A stretch of DNA of 43,983 nt from Vicugna vicugna (taxonomy: Eukaryota): NCBI GenBank assembly GCA_013265495.1, contig MU058016.1, positions 186,001-229,983 on the forward strand, read 5' to 3'. Below are positions 24,346 to 36,634 of this stretch, piece after piece; positions within the stretch are counted from its first letter, which is position 1; each line of letters opens with the position of its first letter. The notes below the pieces were generated by a model that had not been told where the DNA came from, searched no databases, and worked only from the letters and a program-made list of their open reading frames with translations. A program made the position numbers and the translations under genes.

Positions 24346-25900
24346 TAGAAAGAATAATTAGGAATTATGTTAAATTCCTTTTTGGCATTTGTGCAGATAA
24401 AGTCAGTTTTCTTCTAAACTACACTAGCATAACTATTTGTGTTAATACATTTCCTATTATTAAACAATCCTTACTTCTTTAAAAAATCAGCTGTACTTGA
24501 TTATGATGCTTTTTTCAACTGTGCTGCTGGATACTATTTACTGATATTTTACTTAAGAATTTAACAGCAAGTCTATAAATGAGTCTCCAAGAGCATTTTT
24601 GTACAATCTTTTTCAGATTTTGGAATTAATGTTGCACTGACTTTATAAAAATAATTTGAAAATTTCTCTTCTTTTTCTATGGTCTGAAATAGTTTGAAGA
24701 ACATTATAGTTATCTATTCATTAAGGATTTGTTAGCTTCTGAAAGTGTCTGGGCCTAATGATTTTGTGGAGAAAGGAATCCTTTGGTACATTTGCTTGGT
24801 TTTTTTCCTGTGGGAATTGGTCTGTTTAAACGTTCTCTCTTCATGGCTGAGCATTAGTAAATTACTTTTCCTTGGAAAAAAAATCTATTTCATCCAGATT
24901 TTAAAATTTATTTGCATAAAGTTTTGCAAAATGCTTTTAGGATTGTTTTAATTCCTTCTACTTGTATTTCTCCCCTGGCCATTTATCATTTTGTTTATTT
25001 GTGCTTTTCTTTTTTTCATTTTGCCTTAGTAATTACATTGATTATTCTCCAATGAACCAGACTTTTTATGTTTTTAATTCTACTTCCATTTTGTTTTCCA
25101 ATTCATCAGTTTAAGCTTTTATTTTTATTATTTTTTCCTCCCCTGCAGTTTTCTATTTTCTAACTTTTTGAACCATAAATATTTGTATCTTCCTTTTATA
25201 CTGATATAAGCACTTATGACTATGAACATTCCCCAAGTATTCATTTATTTCTTTAATTCTACACCCCCTACGGTTGGACATTTCCCAGAAATTCTGCAAT
25301 TGCCTATTTTTCTTTTGATTGAATAGTTAAGAGTTAGTTGTTAGGGTTCTTTTGTTTTTTGATTTTTTTTCCTGAGTTAAAGATTTTTTGTTTTGTTATT
25401 TTGGTATTCATTTTTAGTTTTCTCATACTGTAATTAAAATCTGTTCTATATACCAGTTTTAGTTTCTAAAATATTTTGAGGGGTTCACTTGGTGGTTGGA
25501 TACTAAAATTTTGTGTGTGTTCAAAAGAATATATATTTCATATTTTTAGGGACAAAGGTCAGTCAATATCCACAAAAAACAGCATACTGGCTAGGTCTTC
25601 TGAATCCTTATTTCTGGTCTCCTACTTTGGATTGAGAAAAGTGAATAAAAGTCTCATAATTATTGGGCTTCCATTATATCTATAATTTCAGCTTTGTGAA
25701 TGTTCTTGCTATGTTATTTGGATCATAGGTATTTATAACTATTCTTTATTTTCCTACTCCTAATTTTAATATTTATGTGTCCTCTCTTTTCTTCATATTT
25801 AGAGTAAGACAAACTACCTTTTCAAAAAAAAAAAACAGCCCTTGGACTTAAGTATCAATCTCATAATTTTTTGTTTCTTAAACATTTTTTTAAATGTTTG

Positions 25901-26541
25901 TGTATCAGTTTTCTGTTGCTGCCATAACAAGTTACCACACACTGAGTGGTTTATAACAACACAAATGTATTACCTTACAGTTTCTGTAGGTAAAAGTCTG
26001 GGTAGGCTAGACTGGATCCTCTGCTTAGGGTATCCCAAGGCAGAAATCAAGGTATCAGCATGGCTGTGTTCCTTTGGGGAGGCTCAGGGGATGAATACTC
26101 CTTCTGGCTCATTCAAAGTTTTGGCTCAATTCAGTTTCTTGCAGTTTCAGGACTGAGGTCCTTGCTGGCTTTCAGTTGGGAACCAGACTTCCCCCAGCTG
26201 CCTGCTGTCTGTCTCGTTGTTTCCATGGAGCTTCTCTCCAGCAAGAGCAGGTCAAGTTCATCTCATGCTTCAAATCTTTTGACTACTTCTGCTGTTGCCT
26301 CTCTTTGACTCCAGCTGGAGAAAGTTCTCTGCTTTTAGGGGCTCATATTAGATTTGGCCCCCTTGGACAAGACAGGATAATCTTCCTATTTCAAGGTTTG
26401 TAAAGCTTGAATTACAGCTTATTTCAAGGTCTGTAAACCTTAATTACAGATGCAAATTCCTTTGTTCCTCCAGTATAACACATTCACAGGTTCCAGGGAT
26501 GAGGACATGGACACCTCAGTGGAGCCATCCTGCCTACCACA
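25901..26541 (-). mobile_element. MaLR solo LTR, MLT1E-like
   Basis: TGTATCAGTTTTCTGTTGCTGCCATAACAA...TGCCTACCACA; near-TSD GTTTG/ATTTG; about 640 bp, with an internal ~33-bp tandem duplication at about 26388-26449. Confidence 0.85.
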
Positions 26542-26780
26542 ATTTGTCACTTTCTTCATCCTGCTTTCCTTTGGTTAGGTTTGTCTTTCTCTTTTTAACT
26601 TTGTGACATGAATGGCAAGTTTATACCTAACTTCATTCTGTCTTGTATAATGATGGAAAAATTTAATGTCACAAATTTACCTCTGATTATAGATGTGGCT
26701 ATGTCCTTTTGATATGTGATATTCTCATTATCTTTTCCTAAGTAAATTGTAATTGCAGCACTGATGTACTCTTTGACATT

Positions 26781-27155
26781 TGTGTTAGTCCACTGAAAAG
26801 CAAATGCCATAAAGGAAGTAGACGTGCAAGAGATTTATTGAGGGGAAAAAACTGTGAAGGAAAATGGGGAGGGAACTGAAGGAGATGAAGAGAGCTATCC
26901 GACTGCAGTGCAACTGACTCCTGTGAAAAAGACAGCAGAGGAAGGTCCTAGGCTGCAATGCCATTCTAACGAAGCTTCATCTAGTTCCTTGAACCAGAGT
27001 CACTCATCAAAGGACTATAGCTCACTCACTGGGAGCAGCCAGTGGGAATCATGGCCTCAACACAGGGTGATGGGTTTTGGGCACAGCAGTCAAGGCCTTT
27101 GGCTGTAAGATGCTACTTATATGTGACCTGAGAGGCACATTTTCATGTGAAACAC
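26781..27155 (-). mobile_element. Old ERVL LTR (LTR33-like)
   Basis: gtgcaagagatttattgagggg...tgtgaaggaaaatggggagggaac...ctgactcctgtgaaa. Confidence 0.55.
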
Positions 27156-27566
27156 TGAAATTAAAAACAGAATTTAAAAAGTGTTCTTTTACTCAAATGG
27201 TTAGATTTTTGTTTCTTTATCCATTTATTCATTTCTAGTTTTAGTGCAGTATAGTTGGCTGCTTTTCCTGCTTTTTTGGAATAATTTGAGTTTCTCTGCA
27301 GTCATGTTTGCTTAGTTTTTACAAATGCTCAGTAGGCACTGGGAAAGGATGAATATTTGCTGTTTGTAAGTTAGATTGTTTGGTATGTAAATCTATTAAA
27401 TAAACTATCTTTTTCATATCTTCCTATATATTTATTTATATTTTACTTACTTGACCAGTAAGAGTCAAGAGATGTCATTTAAAATCTCTAATATATTGTC
27501 TCTGTTAGTTTATCCTTATAATTCTACAACTGTTGCTTTTTAGTTCAATATATAAGGTAAACAGAA

Positions 27567-27603
27567 GCATTGGTGGTCTAGTGGTTAGATAGCTGCCTTC
27601 CAA
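27567..27603 (+). pseudogene. Tailless 5'-half tRNA-Gly(TCC) retropseudogene
   Basis: GCATTGGTGGTCTAGTGGTTAGATAGCTGCCTTCCAA versus recalled tRNA-Gly-TCC GCGTTGGTGGTATAGTGGTTAGCATAGCTGCCTTCCAA. It stops in the anticodon loop and is flanked by CAATATATAAGGTAAA (27546-27561) / CAATATTTAAGGTAAA (27601-27616). Confidence 0.85.
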
Positions 27604-28696
27604 TATTTAAGGTAAATAAGGATTCAAAACTGTTTTTCACTGTGGATTTTAAATGACCGTCTTTGCCCCCTTTAGCAGAGCCTGCCTTGCGGAACGTTTT
27701 GTCTAATGACATTGCTCTGCCTGCTTTCTTTGCCTTTGCTTTTCCAGGCTCGTATTTCCCTATCTTTCATTGCTAACAATTCTGCTTTTGAGTGTACCTC
27801 CTATAAATACACTGTTTTGAGTGTATCTCCTATAAATAAGCATTCATGTGGTATCGGCTGCCCATCCAACATCTATCTGTTCAAACCCTTCCATTATTCA
27901 CCTCTTTCTTTTCCAAGAGAACTCAAATTTCGTTAAGTACCACTGAGTTCCACATGACCGTCTCTTTCAGGAGTTAAATTGTTTGACTGAAGGTAACCGT
28001 GTAGTTTCATTTGCATGGACATGATTACGGGCTGCTGCTATTCTGCGTCTGTTTCCCCATCCAGTCCTGTCACCTAAAGAACTTCCTCAATGTGGAAGGC
28101 ACTTTTATCCTAACTCCCAAACCTGGAACTTATGTCTTCCTGCTTTTATACGCCCTAGGTCATTTCACTTGGCCTTCCCCTATACTCCTGTCAGAATCCT
28201 ACTTGGAAATTTCTGAGGCCTGACCTTAGGCCACTCATGTGTTTTCTTCACAGAGCCCAACTGTACATTTAAGCATTTATTCAGTAAGTTATTTGGTGAG
28301 CACTGACCATTGGTCATCTAATGTGCACCTAGATATCTAGTGGTGATAGAGGACAGAGTGGCTTACATTGCAACCTGGGAGACAGAAAGTAAAGAAATAA
28401 TCAAATTAACAAATTGATAAACCAATGTTAATAGTCCATTTTGTCATCTCATCACATAGTCTGTTATCAAAAAGACTGTTACAGACAGCAGAACAGAACA
28501 CTCCCCCTTTGTCCTTCCCCTGAAGATAGTGCTATAATTGTTGAATCATTCCTTTGAAAAAAATCATTTTCAAATGCAAATTTGCTTTAGGCTCATATCT
28601 TTATCCCTGGCTCCTTTAGGAATAAAGTATAATTAAGGTGTAAGTGCTAGTGGTGGTGTTCACACACACAAAAGTTCCCTTTTGTACTTTCTTTAG

Positions 28697-28803
28697 GTAA
28701 CACAGCTCTTAGGAAAGATAGAGGCTTCCAGTTCTGAGCAAACTTCAAATTTAAAGATGGTCCAGGGGGATTATCGCCATGAAGTGAACCTTTTGGAGTT
28801 CAA
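28697..28803 (+). CDS. FAM81B: FAM81B coding exon
   Basis: tttgtactttctttAG|GTAACA...TTCAA|GTAAGT. 107 nt (35 codons + 2). Reads VTQLLGKIEASSSEQTSNLKMVQGDYRHEVNLLEF(K). Confidence 0.95.
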
Positions 28804-29120
28804 GTAAGTGAATGGAAGATTTTTAATTCTGTTTAATGCATTCCAAAGGGTTTTGCCTAATGAAAGCATTGGCATTAAATATAACCCTATCCCAGGAATT
28901 TGAACCTGGCCAAGAAATAAAGCAACAAACGAATGCAGAGAATATTTTACACTAAAGTAATACACAATATTAATAATAAAAAAGAAATATGTATTTATTT
29001 GTCATTCTGTTTGCATAATATCTTAACCGAAACGATACTTATCCTAACCTTTCCTATAGAGTATGATTTTGATTTATCATCAATCATTTATTAAAATGCT
29101 TCACTGTAAAGAACTATTGA

Positions 29121-29251
29121 GGGGGGAGGATATAGCTCAAGTAGCAGAGCGCATGCTTAGCATGCACAGGGTCCTGTGTTCAAAATCCAGTACCTCCTCC
29201 AAAAATAAATAAACCTAATTTACCTCCCCATCTGCCAAAATAAAATAATCA
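29121..29251 (+). mobile_element. Camelid tRNA-derived SINE (Vic-1-like)
   Basis: GGGGGGAGGATATAGCTCAAGTAGCAGAGCGCATGCTTAGCATGCACAGGGTCCTGTGTTCAAAATCCAGTACCTCC with Pol III A/B boxes; tail AAATAAATAAACCTAATTTACCTCCCC...; TSD AAAGAACTATTGA (29108-29120) / AAAGAACTTTGA (29252-29263). Confidence 0.9.
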
Positions 29252-29680
29252 AAAGAACTTTGAACATACAACATACACAGATTCCACAAGATTATCAAAT
29301 AATTTTTAAACAACTTTGATGTACAAGCTTTTCTCCTGAGATTTCTTCTAAGATCCTCTACTTGCACGGTTATAGTTTCCCTATTTTAAAGACTGGTCTC
29401 TATGCCCTTACACTGAGTTTTCCTCTATGCAATGGAGAAAGCAATAAAGGAGACAAGACTCCACATTCAAACTACTGGCCTCTGTATCCTCAAATCCCCC
29501 TTTCTTATTTAAATGACCACCATTTCAGGCACAGGGAAATCCTACTCCTTTGGATGATACTACATTACTGCCCCTTCTGTTCTGTTTTTTTCCCTCTGTC
29601 CCACATCACCTGAGCTTAATGCCTTGGTCAAATCCAGTATTCTGAATATACTCTGCTGTCTCCATTTTCCCCAATCTCTA

Positions 29681-29855
29681 TCGTATTTCATTAAATCTAA
29701 GTGCCATTGGCCATAAGATGTACCATTATATTCTTGTACCTCTAAGACATGAAGCTAACAATTAAACCATAGCACACCATCATTTTAAGAAGCCTCCCAA
29801 TTTCAGAGATATTAAATTAAGAAATATTTATGTCCTAGAAATTGATGAAAAACAG
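29681..29855 (-). mobile_element. MER104-like TcMar-Tc2 MITE
   Basis: TA flanks on both sides; TIRs TCGTATTTCATTAAATCTA / CTAGAAATTGATGAAAAACAG; internal cccaatttcagagatattaaa. Confidence 0.75.
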
Positions 29856-30464
29856 TAGTCATCACTAAGTCAGAGACGTAGATATCTTGGATAAACAGAA
29901 AACACCTACTTTCTTCATTCTCCAAAAAAGCGTGTCTGGGTTCTTAAATTCAGCACAGGGAGGGTATTCAGTAAATATCTGTGTCATGCTTAATCTAATC
30001 CCTTTATCTTAGAATTAAATTAAGATAGAGAAAAATGTCCAAGGGAGAAGTAGAAAAATAAAATGTTTCTAGAAGTACAATTTAAGAATTTATTTTACTG
30101 GGGGAGAAAATGGACTTATAGTCTGGAATGGAAGACTGGCTTAAAGAGATGAAGAATATTAACAAATAGAAAAGAGGGAAAGAGGAAATGTCTGATGTCT
30201 AGGGCTGACTCCTTCACTGCTGATGCTGCGTATTTTTTCCATCTTCAGTCCTGTGGAAAGCTGACTTATAGACGAATCATCTAAATAGTTAAATCTGAAC
30301 CTGGACACTTTTGTAGTAGTATAAACTGGAATCTTTTTCTCCCGTGAAACAATGAAGTCTTAAAATGTCATCAGATTTGCAGAAGGTAATAGTGAATTTA
30401 TAAACCAGGTTTTTCCCCAGGCAAATACTTATAAGCTCTAATAATTCAATTGCACCCATGACTC

Positions 30465-31350
30465 TTTTTAAAAATTTTTCCCCATTGATGTTTTTAATTA
30501 AAAAGTAATATGCATTCATTGTAACAAATAAAAAAGACCAAGATGAAAAAAGAGATCACTATCCCTGCTTCCTAATGTAACCAATGTTAACACTAGAGAT
30601 GTAGCTTTCCACATTTTCCCCCTTGTTAACATAAATATGTAACAGAAAAAGGACTTATAAATGTATTTATACAAATACATAAAACTTATATTATATATAT
30701 ATAAACCATTCATTATATATAAGCAGAGAGCATGGGTTTTTTAAAATAAATCCTATACACATTACTCAATAATTTGTTTTTGCCCAGAACATCTTGGGTA
30801 TCTCCCTCTGGATCAGTGACTGTTATTCTAGCATTATTTTTCACAGCTGCATGATATTTTGACTTACAGATATGCCATAATTAATTCAACCATTTATCTT
30901 ACTGATGAAGAGATTCTTTCCAGTTTCTAGCTACCACAAACAAAAATTACTGTGCATATATCCTTAAGTATTCTTACTTACAGGTGCTGTTATTTCTACA
31001 GGCAAGATTCCTAGGTGAAAGAGTTTATGTATTTATTAGTTTTTACAAAATTTCTTTCTGAAAATGTTGTAGCAATTTACACTCACACCAGCAGTGCATA
31101 AGACCTTTCTGTATGTTCTTATCCACACTGGATATCCTTTTTACTATCTGCCAATTAAAGGATGAAAAATAGCATCTCAATTGTTTTTACTTGCATTACT
31201 TTCACCATGTGGATTTCCTTTTCTGTGAACTGCCCATTCGTATCATTTGTCAAATTTTGTATTGTGATTTTTATCATTTTCCTATCAATTGGTAGGATTC
31301 CTTCCAATTGGGAATATTAATATTAGGGATATTAACCCTTTGAGGTACAT
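30465..31350 (-). mobile_element. Old L1 (L1ME-like) 3' fragment
   Basis: ttctttccagtttctagctaccacaaa...caatttacactcacaccagcagtgcata...ttttctgtgaactgcccattc. Confidence 0.75.
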
Positions 31351-31999
31351 ATTGCCAAGGATCTTGCTCAAAGAGAAAATAAGGCAGATAGGGCTCTTTT
31401 TTTTTTTTTCCAATCAAAGCACTTCTCAAATCAAAGTGGATGGGGTATAGAATTTGCTTTTCTTTTTTAAGAAACTGTCTCTGAACAAAGGAATTACAAG
31501 AATGTTAATAACATTAAAGGTTAAGTTTAATTGAGCAAATTTCCCATTTAGAAACTTTAACAAATTCAAGTTAAGTGGTAAACTGAATATATTTTATATT
31601 GAACTTAAATGCCTCAATATTGTCTGGGGGGTTTCTAGTGAATTCGTGGGACGTTGGCACTGATCACTAGAACTGACAAAGGAGACACACAGGCTGTGTT
31701 ATCTGAATCCCCACATTAAAGGGATTCTCTCTCATCTTTCCAGAAAGGTCTTAGATGTTCAGCTAAGTAATGTCCTAAGCCAACAACTCAGTGCTTACAG
31801 AGCACGAGTCTTGGCTGTCATGAACTACGGCTGTACTTCAGCAGGGGTGGCCCCTACCAGTCACTCCCTAGATAGCTCTCGATGCTGACACTGTTCAGTT
31901 GATAGTGATTTATAAGAAAGAGCATTTGGTTAATGAAGTAAATACATAGAGTCAAATCTTACTACACGTGGCTTTGAAAACGCTACCACAGTAGAAGGG

Positions 32000-32096
32000 G
32001 ACAAGAGCAAGGACCTGTCTCATTCATCTTTGCATCCTCAGCACCCAGTACATTCAGACACAAATAGAAGCCAATGAATGAATGAATGAATGAATG
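32000..32096 (+). mobile_element. L2 3' terminus with (GAAT)n tail
   Basis: gcaaggacctgtctcattcatctttgcatcctcagcaccca...aatgaatgaatgaatgaatgaatg. Confidence 0.75.
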
Positions 32097-32329
32097 TTTA
32101 GAGCACCTGTAATATGTAAGTTGTATTTTAGAATATCCAAAGATATAATCATAGCCATATTAAGTGAAAAGCTAAAAACAGTTAAAGTAAAAGTTAAGAC
32201 AATGTTAAATGAGATATATCATTAGACAGAAATAATAAATATTCATTGTTATTTACAAATGCCTACCAGGTGCTCAAGATGTTCAAGGGCACCCAGCTCT
32301 GTAGGCTGGGTCTTAGTCTCGTTTCAAAG

Positions 32330-32440
32330 ACAAGGAGTATTATAATCATGGAGATTAAGTAGTTTGCCCACAGTCACACAGCTACAAAGTGTCTGACTCC
32401 AAATCCCAGGTTATTTTTGTCAATCTGTGATGCCTCCATC
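32330..32440 (-). mobile_element. MIR fragment
   Basis: gattaagtagtttgcccacagtcacacagcta...gtctgactccaaatccca. Confidence 0.7.
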
Positions 32441-33354
32441 TCATAATTCCACCTGTGAGTACACTAACTGTGCTATAGACATTTAGGGAAAGGAAGAATC
32501 ACATGTGTTCAAAACCATGAAGGTATGAGGCTATGAAGATACTGGGATTTAAACTCAAGTACAATTTAGAATGAACGACAAAGTCTTCCTATTAGAGTGG
32601 AGTTGGAATTGCTTTTTAATTAGTATCACTAACGAGAAATCACAGAACATTAAGAAGAAATTAGTTTAAGGTATACGGGTATCAACTTAGAAGAAAAAAA
32701 TGTTTCTTAAAATTAATTTCTTGCATCTGACATGAAAGAAATTCTTAGACTCAATCTCTAAAGAAATGCACATAGTCTGAAGCAGTTATTCAGAGTGAAT
32801 TACAAAAAATGAAAACATCTTCTGTGTTTATAGTGCATTAAAGGGCACTCCATCTTTTTATGTTCCCATGTGGTTAAAGCCACTATCTGAATTCTTGACA
32901 GCCTGGTAGTAATAACATTTTCCAAGAATTCAAAATGTTCATGTCTCCTAAAAAAGTTCATTCAACAGATTGTGAATGCAAGACAATTGGGTTTGAGACA
33001 TAAGTGAACTAGTAAAACTAGCCCAGGATGGAGCTATGTCCTCATTTATCTATGTCAGCCGTAACCACGGAGGCCACTGAGATATTTGTTCCAAGCCCTA
33101 CACTCTGCCCTGACCATTCACTCTCATCACGGCCCTCACCCAAGGATCCGCTGGGTCTGTGGATCCCTGTCAAATTCTCCTTTACTATTCTGTAACTTTC
33201 TCACTTATAATTGCCCTTAGTGTACATTTTAACCTGATTATATCAGTAACAAAAAAGTTTTTGGAACCAGGCTTTATCTCACATTTGTCTTAGTGAGGTC
33301 TCTGTGCATAATTTTAAGGTCTGACTTGTGTTTTGAGAAAAAGGAAAGAAAAAG

Positions 33355-33425
33355 CTATCTATCAGCCTGTCTATCTACTTATCCATCTATCCTATCTACA
33401 TCCCTATCTATATCTAACTACATCT
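33355..33425. repeat. Degenerate (CTAT)n tetranucleotide microsatellite
   Basis: ctatctatcagcctgtctatctacttatccatctatcctatctac... Confidence 0.75.
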
Positions 33426-34149
33426 GATCAAAATCCTCCCATAAACATCAGTATAGAGGATTTGGAAACTCAAATGTGAGTGTCATCGAGATAAATTCAT
33501 CCTATTGAGATTTTAACAGTATGTTCTACAGTTAACAGAAAAACAATTATTATATGGCAAATCATGTCCATTATGTTAGGAAAAAGTCTAAAGAAAGAAA
33601 AAGATTTATAGAAACCTCTATTTTTATCCTTTTTTTCTTTCAAGGAGAATGCCTTTCAAATAATGCTTACATATTTCAATAAACTACCAACAGACAGAAT
33701 ATCACCTCTGATTGCTACCAAGAAAGTGAGTCTCCAATTGCAGGCAAAACCTTGTTATAAAAGGATCAGAAGAAGTAACTCATTCTTTATGGCTTTATTT
33801 TAATTTCAGAGTTTCAATTACTGGCATGTCCTTCCAGAGGTATTACCTAAGTACATTTAATGGTTTCTTGATTTTCAGAGGGATTTTAATAATTTATCCG
33901 TGATGAGAGTAAATGTTCTCATTTATTTACACAGTAAAGGTAAGCACTGAAGGACAGATTCTCGATTGTAAAGCTACCTCTTAGTTATCTGGGGATTTAC
34001 TGTTCCCCTTAACTAACATTATTAATTAATATTTCCACCAGAGACGAAGATGAAAATCAACGATTAGGTCTCTAAATAGCTTGACAAGTCTGTGTTTTGT
34101 TATTTGTGAACAGCCCTAATAAAAGGTATCCGATGAGAAAGAATAAATC

Positions 34150-34510
34150 CTTTATTCAGTCACTACTTACTGAGCACTTTCTATATTCCAGGCACTGTTC
34201 ACAGCCATGAACAAAGCAAAATCCTTGCTTTCATGGAGCTTAGGTTCTAGTGGAGGAGACAGCACACAAATTAATACATATCACATGGTGATGAGTGTTC
34301 TGGAGACAAAGAAGGTCAAAGGAATAGTGAGTGTCAGGTGGGGAAAGGGATTTTGTGTGTGTGTGGTCAAAAACAAACAAACAAAACTTCTCTGATATAT
34401 ATATATATATAAGTGCTTGAATATAAATCTGAATGAAATTAGAAAAGGAGCCATTGTATATTCTAAGGAAGAGTGTTGCAGACAGAGGAAACAGTTGGCT
34501 AAAAAGAGGT
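34150..34510 (-). mobile_element. L2 fragment with (TA)n insert
   Basis: tacttactgagcactttctatattccaggcactgttc...tgctttcatggagcttaggttctagtgg. Confidence 0.7.
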
Positions 34511-34807
34511 TGTCCACCTCTCAGCTGGGGACTTATTTGCCTGAGATCCAGCAGTTGTAAGCCAGTCACGTTAGTGTTTAGAAATCCTGATTAGACTAAG
34601 AACAGGAAGAGTAACCAACTGCATCTTCTTAATTATGAGATACTCTTCTGAATCAAGGTATGTTTTGTATGTGAAAAATATCCCTCTCTGTATCAAAAAG
34701 TGTTAATTCAGAAAGATAAAGATCAGAATTTAGCTATTATACTACAACAAATATAACTATTGGGAAAGTAACTACCTTCCCATTCCTTGACTACATTATC
34801 TGAATCC

Positions 34808-34975
34808 GAGTTGCTCAACCTCGGGACTGGTTACATTGAGGTGGGATAATTCTTTGTTGTGGGGCTGCCCTGTGCACTGCAGGATGCTTAGCAGCATCCT
34901 GGCCTCCACCCACTCCCAGGGTAGGAGCAGCTCCCATCTGTGACAACCAGAAATATCTTCAGGTACTGCTAACTG
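34808..34975 (-). mobile_element. MER20 (hAT-Charlie) MITE, partial
   Basis: ggataattctttgttgtggggctgccctgtgcactgcaggatgcttagcagcatcctggcctccaccca...tgtgacaaccagaaatatct. Confidence 0.9.
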
Positions 34976-35819
34976 ACACCTAGTTTAAATATAAATGGAA
35001 ATGACCTCACATAACTTATCTTTTCCAACTATTAGTCCAAACACTTTTTCAGGAGAGCTATAAAGACACATACATGTATAGAGACAGACATATATAGACA
35101 GACATGTACATGTTCAGCCCGTCTTAGGCCATTTCCAGTGATAAATATCACAAACTAATTTAGCTTCATCTAACTTTTCATATCATTCAAGTAACTATTA
35201 TTTCAAGCCCCCCCACATTGCAAGGTAATCTGAATATTTTCAATAACAAACAACATGGATTGTTCCCTCTAGTCTAATATTTAGCCTACTCTAAAAGGGA
35301 ATTTGAAATTGACATGTTACCATGAGCAAGTCACACCCAGAAAACATACAGAAACCACTTGCTGGTCCCCATCTCTCATCCCCTCTCTTCTCAGCCTATT
35401 TCTCCATCATTTCAGATGAGGATTCACCTTCTACTCAAACGTTCGGCCATTCTTTTCAAATTGATGACATGAGTACAACCCTTTTTATCTTTAATCTATT
35501 GTTAAAAATCCTTCATTCTCTGTTATTTAATACTCTGTGGTGCATCAACTTGATGCCAGCAATCCCTTCCTGCACTTCTGCCTATTATTTCTGGTTTTGC
35601 CCCAGGTGAATAACTCGGCACCTCTTTCAGCCCCCACCTTCCCCGCCCAAAGAATGCACTCACAGAGATACAGTGGAGACTTTACTGAAGATTTTGCCTG
35701 AAGCAGAGACAACAACCAAAGAGTATCTCCCTTGGACACTCTGTTCTCTCCTCTCCTAGACAACGCAAGTCTCTCTGCCCAGCTCCTCCCGCAGCCTTAG
35801 AGTGGCACTTGTTGAGCAA

Positions 35820-36141
35820 AGATTCAGCGAACCACCACCCTTAGCCAATCTGCCCACAGCTAAGGATGATTTTTACACTCCTAATAATTTTTTAAAGAAA
35901 AAAATTTATTTTATGACATGCGAATCGTCTATGAAATGTAAAAGTTTGATTAGACCACAGCCATGCTCATTTGCTCATTGTTTCTTTGTAAGCCAGACTC
36001 GTGTGTGTCACCTGTGGCTGCTTTCCTGCTGCAACGGCAGTGTAACAGCAGAGCTGAGTGGTTGCATCAGAGACTACATGGCCCAAAAAGTCTGCAAATA
36101 TTTATTATCTAACCCTTTACAGAAAAAGTTTGCTGGCCCTT
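35820..36141. mobile_element. MER58B-like (hAT-Charlie) MITE
   Basis: cacagccatgctcatttg...ggctgcttt...gcagagctgagtggttgc...aatatttattatctaaccctttacagaaaaagtttgctggccct. Confidence 0.85.
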
Positions 36142-36498
36142 ACCATAGAGTAACACTCCCCACGCCAAGTGACTTATCAAAGTAATTCTTCTGCACATAC
36201 ATACGCATGCACTGTACCCTGGGTCCTGAGAGGACACCTGCATGGATGACATATGGCCTTCTGTGTGGGTGTGCTCCTGCTGCTGTGTGGGTGTGCATGG
36301 CAAGGCATGTGGACAGGGGTCGTCAGCAGTTGGGCTGAACTCGAGTTCGAGGTGGGGCCCCCTCACCCCCACCCCATCAGGCCATGCTTGCTGAGCACAC
36401 GAAGCCTCATCATCTGAAAAACCTGCAGACTTTAATACTCAAGGTTGGTTTTAGGTTTCCATTTACTTGTTAAAATAGAACTACTTTTCTCCCCTTAG

Positions 36499-36634
36499 AG
36501 TTAATTCACTATCAACAAATGTATACGAAGAAATTGAGAACCGTCAAAAATGGACAGAAAACCAGTTCATCAAATATGAAAAAGTCCACCTTGACCATGT
36601 AAATCAGTGTCTGAAGCTCCTGCAGGAGAAACTG
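36499..36634 (+). CDS. FAM81B: FAM81B coding exon
   Basis: cttttctccccttAG|AGTT...AAACTG|GTAAGG. 136 nt (1 + 45 codons). Reads VNSLSTNVYEEIENRQKWTENQFIKYEKVHLDHVNQCLKLLQEKL. Confidence 0.93.

Larger units (their letters stand above)
21600..25800 (-). mobile_element. Nested old L1 fragments (L1M/L1ME-like)
   Basis: Long T-rich antisense L1 ORF2/3' UTR remnants, e.g. attgaggaagtatccatcaattcctact, atacccagaagtgggattgctgggt, gtgtctgggcct. No intact ORF. Confidence 0.75.

Noticed and set aside
27567..27603. Functional tRNA-Gly gene
   Set aside because: Only the 5' half is present; there is no T arm/B box or 3' acceptor strand.
29121..29200. Functional tRNA gene
   Set aside because: Degenerate B box, no proper acceptor stem, and a SINE tail with TSD: it is a tRNA-derived SINE.
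33144..33166. Hairpin GGATCCGC-N7-GTGGATCC
   Set aside because: An 8-bp stem with a G-T pair is expected by chance in 44 kb, and there is no supporting context.
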